DNA from: an uncultured Clostridia bacterium
GTDB taxonomy: Bacteria; Aerophobota; Aerophobia; Aerophobales; B3-G15
Assembly: GCA_964482715.1 (NCBI GenBank)
Contig: CAYZYX010000014.1
Location: forward strand, 1-39,165
Length of the DNA stretch: 39,165 nt
Direction: 5' to 3'
The notes beneath the pieces were generated by a model. That model made no database searches, had not been told where the DNA came from, and saw only the letters and a list, made by a program, of their open reading frames with translations. Positions 9,133 to 18,605 of the stretch are shown piece after piece. Position 1 is the first letter of the stretch, and every line of letters starts with the position of its first letter. Both the position numbers and the translations under genes were made by a program.

Positions 9133-10752
9133 TTACATTTCCACCATTGCTTTACCCAGAATATCCAGCATCTCACTTATCACCTGTAAAAAATACACAG
9201 CAGCCCGATATGCCTGTTGAAAAAGAATCATGCTGGTCATCTCCTCATCAATAGAAACTCCGGATATACTCTGTCTTCTGTTTTCCAGCTGCTCGACGAG
9301 AGTTTCCTGATTTTCCTTTAATCCAGCTGTCTGACTTGCCTCCACTCCCAGGTTGGCTATTACTCTACCGTAGTAATCCGAAAAAGTGGAGGTTCCCCCT
9401 TCAAGAAGGGGTTTATCTTTTAGAGAGTAAATAAGCAAAGCATTGCTATTATCTCCGGGGGCTCCATTTATGGAAGCAGCTATCTTACTTAAATCTTCTT
9501 GGATTGCTGGATCAAGACTTATATCCTCTGCACCAGTTCCCTGAAAAAAATTGGCTAAAATCCCGAGTTCATCCAGCATGATCCCATCAGGATCAGCGGT
9601 GATTCTTATGGTTTGAGGATTTAAGGAGTAAGGTCGGAGAACGAGTCGGTCTCCCTCTCTGCTTGCCTCTACTCCCGTATTGGTAATTTCAGCATTTATC
9701 TTAGCAATAATTGCATCAAGGTCATCCCCCGCCATAACCTGAATATTTACCCCATTAATTTCAAAACTTCCATCACTACCCAGAACCCCATTAAAATCCT
9801 TCCATGCTTTGATCTGTGCTGTTCCATCAAGACCTATTCCCTGACGATGGAGAGCGTTAACCTCCTCTATTAAAGTGGAAGCAAGTTCATCCAGCGCTTC
9901 AAGAAATCCGGGAATAATTTCATCCCTCATCTCCATAAGACCTTTGATTCTCCCGCTTGTAATTACCACCTCCTCTCCACTATCTCTCCATCTTACCTTC
10001 AAGAATCCGTTTTCACCTGCCTCGGTTATGAAAGGGGAAACAGTTCCCTTACTTACCAGGAGCTGTCCATAAACACTGATTCGCAGGGTATTATCCGGCA
10101 TTTCCTGATATTTAAAATTTATAAGTTCGGACAGCTCATCAAGGAGTAAATCACGCTTATCTCTCAAATCATTGGCCTGAGCTCTACCCCCCAGTTCTAT
10201 CTTTTCAATCTCCGTATTAAGATGAGCTATCTGCTGGATAAGACTGTTTATGTGTTCAACTTCTGCCTGTATATCTTCATCAATTTTAAGCTGTAGATCT
10301 CTAAGGTTCTGATACAAACTCCTGAAGGCTTCGCAGAGAGCCTCTCCCTGTTCTTTAACATTTGCTCTTGCCGCTCCGCTTTCCGGATTGTTGGCCAGAT
10401 CTGACCAGGCATCCCAGAAATCGCTTAATATCTTTCCAACACTGTTATCTGAGGGCTCATTGAAAAGAATCTCCATTTCTTCAAGCATCTCCTGTTTGGC
10501 TTTCCAGCGATTTAAGGTGGGGTTTTCCTCCCGGATGTAGAAGTCAATCACCTCATCACGGAGTCGCTGGATACTTTCCACCTTAACTCCGGTTCCCATT
10601 GACCCTTCGGATAAAGTAGTGGCAAGTATTGCCCTCTGGCGGGAAAATCCCGGTGTGTTAACATTGGCAATGTTGTGACCTATTACGTGGAGTGCCTGTC
10701 GTTGAGTTCTTACTGCTCTTATCCCGATTTCAAGAGACCTTAAAGCTTCCAT
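9133..10752 (-). CDS. flgK: Hook-associated protein FlgK (HAP1)
   Basis: GHNIANVNTPGFSRQ, NDLRDKRD and SGVSIDEEM...FQQAY motifs. Confidence 0.97.
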   Translation of the reverse strand: MEALRSLEIGIRAVRTQRQALHVIGHNIANVNTPGFSRQRAILATTLSEGSMGTGVKVESIQRLRDEVIDFYIREENPTLNRWKAKQEMLEEMEILFNEPSDNSVGKILSDFWDAWSDLANNPESGAARANVKEQGEALCEAFRSLYQNLRDLQLKIDEDIQAEVEHINSLIQQIAHLNTEIEKIELGGRAQANDLRDKRDLLLDELSELINFKYQEMPDNTLRISVYGQLLVSKGTVSPFITEAGENGFLKVRWRDSGEEVVITSGRIKGLMEMRDEIIPGFLEALDELASTLIEEVNALHRQGIGLDGTAQIKAWKDFNGVLGSDGSFEINGVNIQVMAGDDLDAIIAKINAEITNTGVEASREGDRLVLRPYSLNPQTIRITADPDGIMLDELGILANFFQGTGAEDISLDPAIQEDLSKIAASINGAPGDNSNALLIYSLKDKPLLEGGTSTFSDYYGRVIANLGVEASQTAGLKENQETLVEQLENRRQSISGVSIDEEMTSMILFQQAYRAAVYFLQVISEMLDILGKAMVEM

Positions 10753-10774
10753 TTAGAGACTCCTTTGAGGGAAA

Positions 10775-11269
10775 TCAACCTGTTTTGTTCAATAGCTTCC
10801 GGGTTTGTTCTTCCACCTTGTTTTTCCCTTTAGGACCATAAGTAGAGGTGGTGGTGGTCCCGGTCAATCTGTGGAAATACTCATCAACCAACTTCAGGGA
10901 GTACTCAAGTAAAGATATGTTCCTCCGGTTGAGCTTATTGATCTGTCCGATCCTGAAGACTATCTTATCCCTTAAGTTTTCAATTTCTTCTGACATTGGC
11001 TTCCCCTTTGTTTTTTTAACAACTTCAGAAAAACCAGCATCTTCAGGAAGAAGAAATCGTCTTTTAAGTGACTCAATAAGATTTATCCGGAGTTTTTCCC
11101 ATACTCTCATCTCCAGGAAGATCCTCTCCTGTTCCCGAACCGTATCTTCAAGTTTTTTTAAATCACCCTCAACAATAGCCTTTTCTTCCTCTTCACAGAG
11201 CTTGTGCAGTCTTTCGTAAAGATGAAGCTCCTTTTTTAGAACTCTGGTTAATTTCTTTATCTCCTCCAT
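10775..11269 (-). CDS. flgN: Flagellar chaperone FlgN
   Basis: 164-aa helical protein directly upstream of flgK, with LNRRNISLL and a C-terminal TYGPKG. Confidence 0.85.
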   Translation of the reverse strand: MEEIKKLTRVLKKELHLYERLHKLCEEEEKAIVEGDLKKLEDTVREQERIFLEMRVWEKLRINLIESLKRRFLLPEDAGFSEVVKKTKGKPMSEEIENLRDKIVFRIGQINKLNRRNISLLEYSLKLVDEYFHRLTGTTTTSTYGPKGKNKVEEQTRKLLNKTG

Positions 11270-11609
11270 TTAACCCTCCCTGACTATTTTTAATAACCTT
11301 ATCTTTAAGTTGCCGATATAAAATTCTGGCAAGCCCTATTCCCCCCGCTTCAGCCATTTTTTCTGCCATCACCCGGTAAAATTCCTCTTCATAGATTCTT
11401 TGAGCAAATCCTTCCTCAAGAAAACCGGACTCAGGTACGGTTTTCTTCATCTGAAGGAAAAGATAACCAAGAAAAATAGCTTCAAACCGGGAACACACTT
11501 TTTGGAGTTTCTTTTCACTTAGCTTTCCATAATTCTCGCTTTCTGAAAGGTTCCAGGTTAATGATATCCCATGACTGCAACTCTTAATTAATGGATCAAA
11601 GTGATACAT
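11193..11609 (-). CDS. flgJ: Single-domain rod-binding protein FlgJ (no muramidase domain)
   Basis: KLQKVCSRFEAIFL...MKKTVP and GGIGLARILYRQL motifs; lies after flgI and its tail overlaps flgN by 77 bp. Confidence 0.88.
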   Translation of the reverse strand: MYHFDPLIKSCSHGISLTWNLSESENYGKLSEKKLQKVCSRFEAIFLGYLFLQMKKTVPESGFLEEGFAQRIYEEEFYRVMAEKMAEAGGIGLARILYRQLKDKVIKNSQGGLNGGDKEINQSSKKGASSLRKTAQAL

Positions 11610-11625
11610 TTTTTTTAACCTTCTC

Positions 11626-12738
11626 TCACATTATTATAAGCTCGGCATTTAATGCCCCGGCCTCTTTTAACGCCTGAAAGATGGCAATTATGTCACGTGG
11701 ACTAACTCCAAGAGCATTAAGGGAATTTACCAGTTCTTCCACTGTGGCTCCCTTGAGGAGGGCAACCCTTCCCTTTTCTTCTTCGGTTTTTATCTCTACC
11801 TTTTCTTTAACCACCGTTTCCCCTTCGGAAAAAGGAGGTGGTTGAGATATAACAGGTGTGGTTTCAACAGTCACAAATAAATTTCCATGAGCTACAGCCA
11901 CAGGTAAAATCCTGACATCTCCTCCCACAACTATGGTTCCGGTTCTTTCATTAATCACCACTCTGGCTCGCTGCTCAGGACTTACCGAGAGATTTTGAAT
12001 GCGAGAGATAAAATCTACCAGTTTTCCTTCCTGCATTTCCTCCGGGACCTTAACCCTGACCAGACTTGCCTCCCTTGCTGTAGCCAGTTCTTTGGAAAAT
12101 GTCTTGTTTATTACTTCACATATACGATGGGCAGTGGTAAAATCAGGCTGATTGAGTACCAGATTGATCTGCTCTGGTGAAATCTCGGCCGGAAGCGATT
12201 TTTTTACTATTCCACCTCCAGGAATTCTGCCTACCGTGGGGTGATTTTTGCGGGCGGCAGCTCCTCCTGCCTCAACATTAAATCCACCTATGGACACAGC
12301 CCCCTGTGCCATCACATATACATCACCGTCCATCGCCTGAAGAGGAGTGAGAAGTAAGGTTCCCCCTTCAAGACTTGTGGCGTTACCCAGAGAAGAAACC
12401 ACCACGTCCACCCTGCTTCCCTCTTTGTTCAGGCTGGAAATAGTTGTAGTAACTATTACCGCCGCACAGTTTTTCACTCTCAACTCTTCAGGATCAACAG
12501 CAATCCCAATATTCTGAAGCATGTTACTGATTGACTGCACGGTGAATATAGCACCTGTCTTATCACCGGTTCCATTTAAACCCACAACAAGTCCATAACC
12601 AAAAAGTTGAACTTCTCTGAGATCTTGAATATAAGTTATATCCTTTATTCTAACCTGGACATCATCAGCAAAAGAAAAGGTAGAAAGAAAAGTAAGAGCT
12701 GACAGGATAACAATAAAAAGAAATTTTTTCATTTTCAT
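11626..12738 (-). CDS. flgI: Flagellar P-ring protein FlgI
   Basis: Signal peptide, RIKDI, GYGLVVGLNGTGD, VINERTGTIVVG and ALKEAGAL motifs. Confidence 0.97.
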   Translation of the reverse strand: MKMKKFLFIVILSALTFLSTFSFADDVQVRIKDITYIQDLREVQLFGYGLVVGLNGTGDKTGAIFTVQSISNMLQNIGIAVDPEELRVKNCAAVIVTTTISSLNKEGSRVDVVVSSLGNATSLEGGTLLLTPLQAMDGDVYVMAQGAVSIGGFNVEAGGAAARKNHPTVGRIPGGGIVKKSLPAEISPEQINLVLNQPDFTTAHRICEVINKTFSKELATAREASLVRVKVPEEMQEGKLVDFISRIQNLSVSPEQRARVVINERTGTIVVGGDVRILPVAVAHGNLFVTVETTPVISQPPPFSEGETVVKEKVEIKTEEEKGRVALLKGATVEELVNSLNALGVSPRDIIAIFQALKEAGALNAELIIM

Positions 12739-12744
12739 CCTCTT

Positions 12745-13311
12745 TTAAAAAAGTCTTAACCAGTTAAGCAGCCGGGAAATAATTCCCGGTCTTTTACCTT
12801 CACTTATGGGACCTCTCCCCTCATACCTTATATTGGCCTGGGCTATGTTAACTGAAGATATGGTGTTGTTCTCTCCTATATCCTCAGGACGAACAACTCC
12901 TTCAAGATAGATTATCTGTTCTTCCTCGTTAATTTTTACTCTCTTTGCCCCCTTTATCCTCAGGTTTCCATTAGGAAGAACTTCCACCACTTCAACAGTC
13001 AGCTTGGCAACAAGGCTCCCCTTCCTTTGAGTTGACCCTGATCCCGCAAAATCACTGGAGTAGTTCCATGTCCAGGCAGGAAGTTCTCCACCGTTTGCAA
13101 GCTCTATTTCCCCCTGAGTTTTTGTCCCTTTGGAAAAATCTGTTTTGGCAGTTTGAGAAGCCGTGGAAAACTCGGAGATAATTACAGTTAAAGTGTCTCC
13201 GACTTTGCAGGCACGGGGAGTAGCAAAAAGTGACCTTACCGCCTGTGCTGAAAGAGGTTGAAAGATAAGAAAAAACAAAAGAAAAAAAATAATCGGTAAC
13301 CTCATCCTCAT
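12745..13311 (-). CDS. flgH: Flagellar L-ring protein FlgH
   Basis: SLF..PRA.KVGDTLTVII.E, VLPNGNL.I.G and GVVRPEDI...NTI.S..IA.A.I.Y.G motifs. Confidence 0.93.
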   Translation of the reverse strand: MRMRLPIIFFLLFFLIFQPLSAQAVRSLFATPRACKVGDTLTVIISEFSTASQTAKTDFSKGTKTQGEIELANGGELPAWTWNYSSDFAGSGSTQRKGSLVAKLTVEVVEVLPNGNLRIKGAKRVKINEEEQIIYLEGVVRPEDIGENNTISSVNIAQANIRYEGRGPISEGKRPGIISRLLNWLRLF

Positions 13312-13318
13312 ATCCTCC

Positions 13319-13912
13319 TTAAAAATTGTTAAAAGGACTTACTTTCACCGTGAGGGGAGCAACAATTTCTCCCTTTATCTTCTTAAAGGAAGACATATTC
13401 AAAATCTCAATTATATCCCCCTTCTTTCCCGATTCTAAAGCTTTTCCCCGGGTTACAATTTTCAGGTTTTTCGTTTCCAGCATCAGTCTTACCAGATCGC
13501 CTCTTTTCACAAGAAAAACCTGGTCTTTGAGAGAAGGTTTCTTCTCTCCCGAAAGGTCAGACAGTATGGACTCTCTGGTTACCACAATTTCACTACTTCC
13601 CAGAACGGCAACATCCTCCGGTGACAGTCCCTTCTGGTAAAGCCGGACCAGGATATAGTCTCTACTTAAGGTGCGTCTTTTCCCGGGAAGAGGGGAGGAA
13701 CCAATTCTTGCCTTTAACAGTCTTTCCTTTAAACCCCCTTCTGCCCTGATTTCTTCAGCAATATCCCCGAGCAGAATGACATCGTCTTCAACCTGAGCTT
13801 CGGATTTTAGAAAAACAACTACTTTTTCGGCACTTACCGAAACTAAGCAAGGGCAAATAAGGTATATGAGGGTTAAAGCAAAAGATAATAAGACTTTACC
13901 TCTTGCCTTCAT
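13319..13912 (-). CDS. flgA: P-ring formation chaperone FlgA (short form)
   Basis: Signal peptide and C-terminal LVKRGDLV...GKALESGKKGDII...N..S.K; located between flgG and flgH. Confidence 0.85.
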   Translation of the reverse strand: MKARGKVLLSFALTLIYLICPCLVSVSAEKVVVFLKSEAQVEDDVILLGDIAEEIRAEGGLKERLLKARIGSSPLPGKRRTLSRDYILVRLYQKGLSPEDVAVLGSSEIVVTRESILSDLSGEKKPSLKDQVFLVKRGDLVRLMLETKNLKIVTRGKALESGKKGDIIEILNMSSFKKIKGEIVAPLTVKVSPFNNF

Positions 13913-13922
13913 TTTTTAGTCC

Positions 13923-14711
13923 TTACCTTCGCAGATTATTGGCAATGCGAAGCATCTCGTCAGTTGTCTGAATGGCTTTGGAGTTAATCTCGTAAGCCCT
14001 TTGAGCAATAATCATGTTGGCCATTTCTTCAACTACCTGAACATTAGACATCTCCAGAAAGCCCTGAGAGACGATCCCGAATCCTTCAAGTCCGGGAGTT
14101 CCCGTAATGGCCTCTCCTGAAGCATCTGTGGGTTTGTAAAGGTTGTATCCGATACTTTGAAGTCCCGCCGGATTTATGAACTTGGCCAGAGTAATCTTAC
14201 CCACTTCCTGAGGTGTCGTGTCTCCGGGAAGTAAAACAGAGACTGTCCCATCATGAGAGATGGAGATATTGGTAGCCTCAGGTGGAATGATTATCTCCGG
14301 TTCAAGAGGAAGACCATTGGCAGTAACCATCCTTCCATCTTTGTCCAGCTTGAAAGCCCCATCACGGGTATAAGCTATACTTCCATCAGGCTGAAGTACC
14401 TGAAAAAACCCGTCACCTTCAATTACAAGATCAAGTGGATTCTGGGTTTCGGTTATTTCTCCCTGAGTGAATATCTTGCCAATGGCTACGGGTTGAACTC
14501 CGTGTCCTATTTGAATTCCCACCGGAAGCTGTCCACCACCTGGAGCTTTACCCCCGGCAATGCTTATGTTCTGATAGAGAAGGTCCTGAAAATCTACCCT
14601 GCTTTTCTTGAATCCTATGGTGTTCACGTTGGCAAGGTTATTGGCAACAGTGTCAATAAAAAGCTGCTGGGCTTTCATTCCAGCTGCTGCTGTCCACAAA
14701 GCTCTTAACAT
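13923..14711 (-). CDS. flgG: Distal rod protein FlgG
   Basis: [30 protein letters not shown] and LEMSNV..VEEM..MI.AQRAYE.NSK motifs. Confidence 0.97.
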   Translation of the reverse strand: MLRALWTAAAGMKAQQLFIDTVANNLANVNTIGFKKSRVDFQDLLYQNISIAGGKAPGGGQLPVGIQIGHGVQPVAIGKIFTQGEITETQNPLDLVIEGDGFFQVLQPDGSIAYTRDGAFKLDKDGRMVTANGLPLEPEIIIPPEATNISISHDGTVSVLLPGDTTPQEVGKITLAKFINPAGLQSIGYNLYKPTDASGEAITGTPGLEGFGIVSQGFLEMSNVQVVEEMANMIIAQRAYEINSKAIQTTDEMLRIANNLRR

Positions 14712-14728
14712 TTTTTACCTCCTGCGGT

Positions 14729-15463
14729 TTATCTAATTTGATTACATATCTTATCCAGGGTAGCATCTTGCAATTGAATGGCTTTCTGGCTTGCCTCGTA
14801 GAGCCGTAGGTTAACTACCAGGTTTACCATCTCCTCAACTATATCTACATTGGAAGATTCAAGGCATCCCTGCTCTACCCTGTAACTTCCCTGAACCTGA
14901 CCTGGTGAAGATGCCACTCCGATTTTAAATAGATTTTCTCCTTCTTTGTAAAGATAAAGGGGTGGATCGGGAAAAACATCTATTCTTATCTGGTCAATCA
15001 TTTTCCCATCTACAAAGACCTCTCCCTCAGGAGTGATTTTCAGTTCACCAGCTCCTCCTTCAGGAATAACTAAAGGACCTTTTTTTCCCAGAAGGAAAAA
15101 TCCCTGAGGAGTTATTATCCGTCCCTCTCTGTCCAGCGTAAAATTGCCCGCCCGGGTGTAGGCAATCCCCTGAGGGGTAAGAAGGGCAAAAAACCCGTCT
15201 CCCTTAATGGCAAGATCAAGACGCCTCCGGGTTGGCTCTATTTCTCCCTGACTGAAATCAACCCAGGTATTTTCCAGTCTGGACTGCCTTTCATCAGATT
15301 CCATCTGTCTCTGTAAAATCAGGGAAAAACTCTCATAAATGGGAATATCTTTTTTAAACCCGGGCGTTGCTACATTGGTAATATTGTTGGTTATAATCTC
15401 CTGAGCTCTTGAAGTGGCAACAATTCCTGATGCTGCACTGAAAAGTCCTCTAAGCATAGCCAT
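14729..15463 (-). CDS. flgF: Proximal rod protein FlgF
   Basis: NNITNVATPGFKKD, DLAIKGDGFF, YTRAGNF and LESSNVD motifs; lies upstream of flgG. Confidence 0.9.
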   Translation of the reverse strand: MAMLRGLFSAASGIVATSRAQEIITNNITNVATPGFKKDIPIYESFSLILQRQMESDERQSRLENTWVDFSQGEIEPTRRRLDLAIKGDGFFALLTPQGIAYTRAGNFTLDREGRIITPQGFFLLGKKGPLVIPEGGAGELKITPEGEVFVDGKMIDQIRIDVFPDPPLYLYKEGENLFKIGVASSPGQVQGSYRVEQGCLESSNVDIVEEMVNLVVNLRLYEASQKAIQLQDATLDKICNQIR

Positions 15464-15499
15464 CCCCTGAGAAAGTTATTTGGAACCAGTCTATAAACA

Positions 15500-15515
15500 T
15501 GCAAAATTTATGCCA
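15500..15515 (-). promoter_or_regulatory. Sigma54 (-24/-12) promoter of the flgF operon
   Basis: Minus strand TGGCATAAATTTTGCA gives GG-N10-GC, 37 nt upstream of the flgF start. Confidence 0.85.
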
Positions 15516-15629
15516 GAGATTTTTGAGATTGGAAAAGGCTGGCAATTTGAAAGCTGGAAAAGAGAGAAAAAATATTAGGATTTGTACAAAGGGAAAAATT
15601 TTCGGGCAGGAGATAGGAAAAATTTTAAC

Positions 15630-15926
15630 CTACAGAATCTCTTTTATGATCTTTTGCAAAGTTTCTTCCAGAACCTCTTTTGATTCATAGGCTCCGGAGG
15701 CAATTTTCCTTTCCACCTCCTGAATCTTATCCTCCCTCACATCAGGCATATTCTTAATTATCTTTACATACTCTGACACCTTTTTAGCTTCGGCGGAAAG
15801 GTCTATCTGGTCACTTTTTATTTTCTCCGAGAGCCTGACCAGCTTTCTCTTAAATTCCCCTCTGTCTATTTTCTGGATTGAAGAATGAGAGGAAACCGAT
15901 GTATCCTGTATCTTTCTTGATTCCAT
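15630..15926 (-). CDS. flgM: Anti-sigma28 factor FlgM
   Basis: DQIDLSAEAK...PDVREDKI..V..KI..G.Y motif. Confidence 0.88.
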   Translation of the reverse strand: MESRKIQDTSVSSHSSIQKIDRGEFKRKLVRLSEKIKSDQIDLSAEAKKVSEYVKIIKNMPDVREDKIQEVERKIASGAYESKEVLEETLQKIIKEIL

Positions 15927-15944
15927 CTTTTGTCTCCTTTTATT

Positions 15945-16316
15945 TTATTGCCCCAGTGTTTGTTCTAATTTCTTTTTCAAATCATCCCGCGTAAAAGGCT
16001 TGGTGATATAATTTGTTGCTCCCGCCTTAAGCGCGGCTACAACCTCCTCCTGAGTACTAACTGTTGTTAGCATAATCACCGGTGTTTCTTTGCCTTTTTC
16101 CCTTAATGCATGGAGAAACTGCAAACCGTTCATCTCTGGCATGTTCCAATCACAGAAGATGAGATCTATTTTTTCCTCATCGATTTTTTTTAGCCCCTCT
16201 GCACCGTTGGTTGCTTCAACAATACTACTGTAGCCAAGCTGGGTAAGATGATGGCGGGCAATTTTACGCATGGTTGCCGAATCATCCACAATCATAATGG
16301 TTATTTCATGGCTCAT
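15945..16316 (-). CDS. cheY: CheY-like single-domain response regulator
   Basis: VDDSATMRKI, DWNMPEMNG and NYITKPFT motifs. Confidence 0.85.
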   Translation of the reverse strand: MSHEITIMIVDDSATMRKIARHHLTQLGYSSIVEATNGAEGLKKIDEEKIDLIFCDWNMPEMNGLQFLHALREKGKETPVIMLTTVSTQEEVVAALKAGATNYITKPFTRDDLKKKLEQTLGQ

Positions 16317-17107
16317 TAATCTTTGGCCTCCTTCAGGATTTCTCTTACATTTTTTCTCAATTCATCAAGCTTAAAGGGTTTGGCAAGATAATTCTTAACC
16401 ATTCCAATATCTTTCACCTTTTCCTTTCCCTCCTTTTCTCCCACACTGCTTATGACAATTACAGGAATATCACGACCTGATTCCTTCAATGTCTGTAAAA
16501 ATTCCAGACCATCCATTTCGGGCAGGTTCAGCTCGGTAATAATAAGATCTGGCTGATGGAATTCCACGGCTTCCAGTGCTTCAATTCCACTGGACACACA
16601 CATCACAGTACACTCCTCATCACTTAAGGTTCCCTCATAGAACCTTTGCACTCTTGGCTCACTATCAGCACAGAGAATGAGTTTTCTTCTGGCAACAGCT
16701 TCATATTGTCCCCGGAGCACATCTTCCACCATTTTGCGCAGCTTTTTCCTGTCTATGGGTTTACCAAGGAAACTGATCACTCCCAGTCTTTCAGCTTCTC
16801 TTCTTATCTCCTCCCGGGGATAAGCGGTAACCATTATTACAGGAAGCTCCTTCAACTCAACTACAGATTGCATATCCACATTCAGCTTTCTGATCTGTCT
16901 CAAAACCTCAATTCCACTCATATCAGGCAGTTCAACATCAAGAATTAAAAGATCAATGTCCCTTTTCATGACTATGTCAAGGACCTGTCTGCCTTTCTCT
17001 ACAAAAATTAACTCATAATTCTTGGAAGTCAAGGTCTGTTTGATCAGTATCTGAAATAATTTAACATCATCGGCAATCAACAAAGTTTTTTTCTCTTTTT
17101 CATTCAT
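16316..17107 (-). CDS. Response regulator with two receiver domains and no output domain
   Basis: REC1 reads IADD...LILDVELPDMSG...KP; REC2 reads CADSE...IITELNLPEMDG...KPF. Start is ATG 17107 or TTG 17143. Confidence 0.9.
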   Translation of the reverse strand: MNEKEKKTLLIADDVKLFQILIKQTLTSKNYELIFVEKGRQVLDIVMKRDIDLLILDVELPDMSGIEVLRQIRKLNVDMQSVVELKELPVIMVTAYPREEIRREAERLGVISFLGKPIDRKKLRKMVEDVLRGQYEAVARRKLILCADSEPRVQRFYEGTLSDEECTVMCVSSGIEALEAVEFHQPDLIITELNLPEMDGLEFLQTLKESGRDIPVIVISSVGEKEGKEKVKDIGMVKNYLAKPFKLDELRKNVREILKEAKD

Positions 17108-17160
17108 TGAAGATAAAGTGAGAATTTTCCAGTTTAAACACAATTAACCGTCTATTTTTA

Positions 17161-17188
17161 TTATCGGCAACCCGAATCTTTAACTTTA
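17161..17188 (-). promoter_or_regulatory. Sigma28 promoter of the REC-REC/cheY/flgM operon
   Basis: Minus strand TAAA-N16-GCCGATAA, the same architecture as the fliC promoter. Confidence 0.9.
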
Positions 17189-17465
17189 ATCTTTAGAGTC
17201 TTTTTCATTTGTCCTCTCTCAGGGGGACAGCCCGGAATCCAGAAATTTCCAGCAATACCTTTAGTGCAATTGCCAATAAAAACAGTATTTTAAGCTATTT
17301 CTATTTTACTTTGCTTTCCGGTGAGCAGGGCTCCACCAGATCGGGTTTCAGCAAAATTTTCTTGCCATGCAGGGGAATGCCTCGGGCATACTCTATAACC
17401 GAGTATACTGCCTTATACAGGTCTCCTTTTACCTTTACCGGGTCAACACGACTTTTTAAAGCCAT
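17161..17465 (-). pseudogene. Remnant of a DUF362-like Fe-S protein gene (N- and C-terminal pieces only)
   Basis: 17465-17301 encodes MALKSRV...GKKILLKPDLVEPCSPESKVK*. A different frame from 17289 encodes NTVFIGNCTKG...WIPGCPP. Confidence 0.65.
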
Positions 17466-17468
17466 CTT

Positions 17469-18554
17469 TTAAGCATTACCCAGGTTTGTATTTAAAATAT
17501 GGCTGACCACCATATTCCCTATTTCATTGGTTTTTAGACCACTGCGAGTGGAAAGGTCCTTGAGTTTACCGGAAGCAAAAGTCCTTTCAACAGCCTTTTC
17601 CACTATTTCAGCTGCTCTGTTTTCACCTATAACATCAAGAAGCATCTGCATGGCACAGATGGCTGCCATAGGATTTATGACGTTCTTGCCCGTGTACTTG
17701 GGGGCTGAACCATGAATTGGCTCAAACATGGAAACTCCTTCAGGATTTATATTTGCTCCAGCTGCTACTCCCATGCCTCCCTGAATCATGGCTCCAAGAT
17801 CAGTAATAATGTCTCCAAACATGTTACAGGTGACAATTACATCAAACCACTCCGGATTTTTAATCATCCACATACAGGTGGCATCCACAAAAGCATAATC
17901 TTTCTCAATATCAGGATACTCCTCTCCTACCTCCCTGAAAACCCTTCTCCATAAATCATGTGCATAGGTCAAAACATTGGCTTTGTCACAGAGGGTGACT
18001 TTCTTTTTTCTGTTGCGTTTTTTTGCATATTCAAAGGCAAATCTCACACATCTTTCAACTCCCTTTCTGGTGTTGACCATTTCCTGAATAGCAACCTCAT
18101 CAGGTGTCCCTTTTTTGATGAACCCTCCCACACCAAGGTAGAGACCCTCGGTATTTTCTCTCACTATCACAAAATCAATATCTTCCGGTCCCTTATCCTT
18201 AAGTGGTGTCCACACTCCTGGATAGAGTTTTACAGGACGAAGATTTATGTACTGGTCAAGGCCAAATCTTAGCTTAAGGAGAATACCTTTTTCCAGGATT
18301 CCCGGTTCAACCCGGGGGTCACCAACTGCCCCCAGGAAAATGGCATCCATTTGTTTTAATTCCTCAAGGGCAGAATCGGGAAGTGTTTCCCCTGTCTTTA
18401 AATATCTTTCAGCTCCAAAATCGTAATTTATCAACCTGTAGCAAAACCCGGTTTTCCGGGATGCTGCCTTAAGTACCTTAATTGCTTCCCTTGTTACTTC
18501 CGGTCCAATACCATCTCCAGGAATCACAGCTATTTGATATTCCTTTTGATTCAC
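17469..18554 (-). CDS. leuB: 3-isopropylmalate dehydrogenase
   Basis: [31 protein letters not shown] and FEPIHGSAP motifs; GTG start at 18554 behind AAGGAGG. Confidence 0.92.
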   Translation of the reverse strand: MNQKEYQIAVIPGDGIGPEVTREAIKVLKAASRKTGFCYRLINYDFGAERYLKTGETLPDSALEELKQMDAIFLGAVGDPRVEPGILEKGILLKLRFGLDQYINLRPVKLYPGVWTPLKDKGPEDIDFVIVRENTEGLYLGVGGFIKKGTPDEVAIQEMVNTRKGVERCVRFAFEYAKKRNRKKKVTLCDKANVLTYAHDLWRRVFREVGEEYPDIEKDYAFVDATCMWMIKNPEWFDVIVTCNMFGDIITDLGAMIQGGMGVAAGANINPEGVSMFEPIHGSAPKYTGKNVINPMAAICAMQMLLDVIGENRAAEIVEKAVERTFASGKLKDLSTRSGLKTNEIGNMVVSHILNTNLGNA

Positions 18555-18605
18555 CTGTTCCTCCTTATTATTTGTAATTGAACTTGTTTCATGAATCTTC
18601 ACCCA

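Noticed and set aside
11292-11319. GCCGATAT sigma28 -10-like sequence inside flgJ
   Set aside because: It is on the plus strand (antisense to the operon) and has no TAAA at the 15-16 nt spacing.
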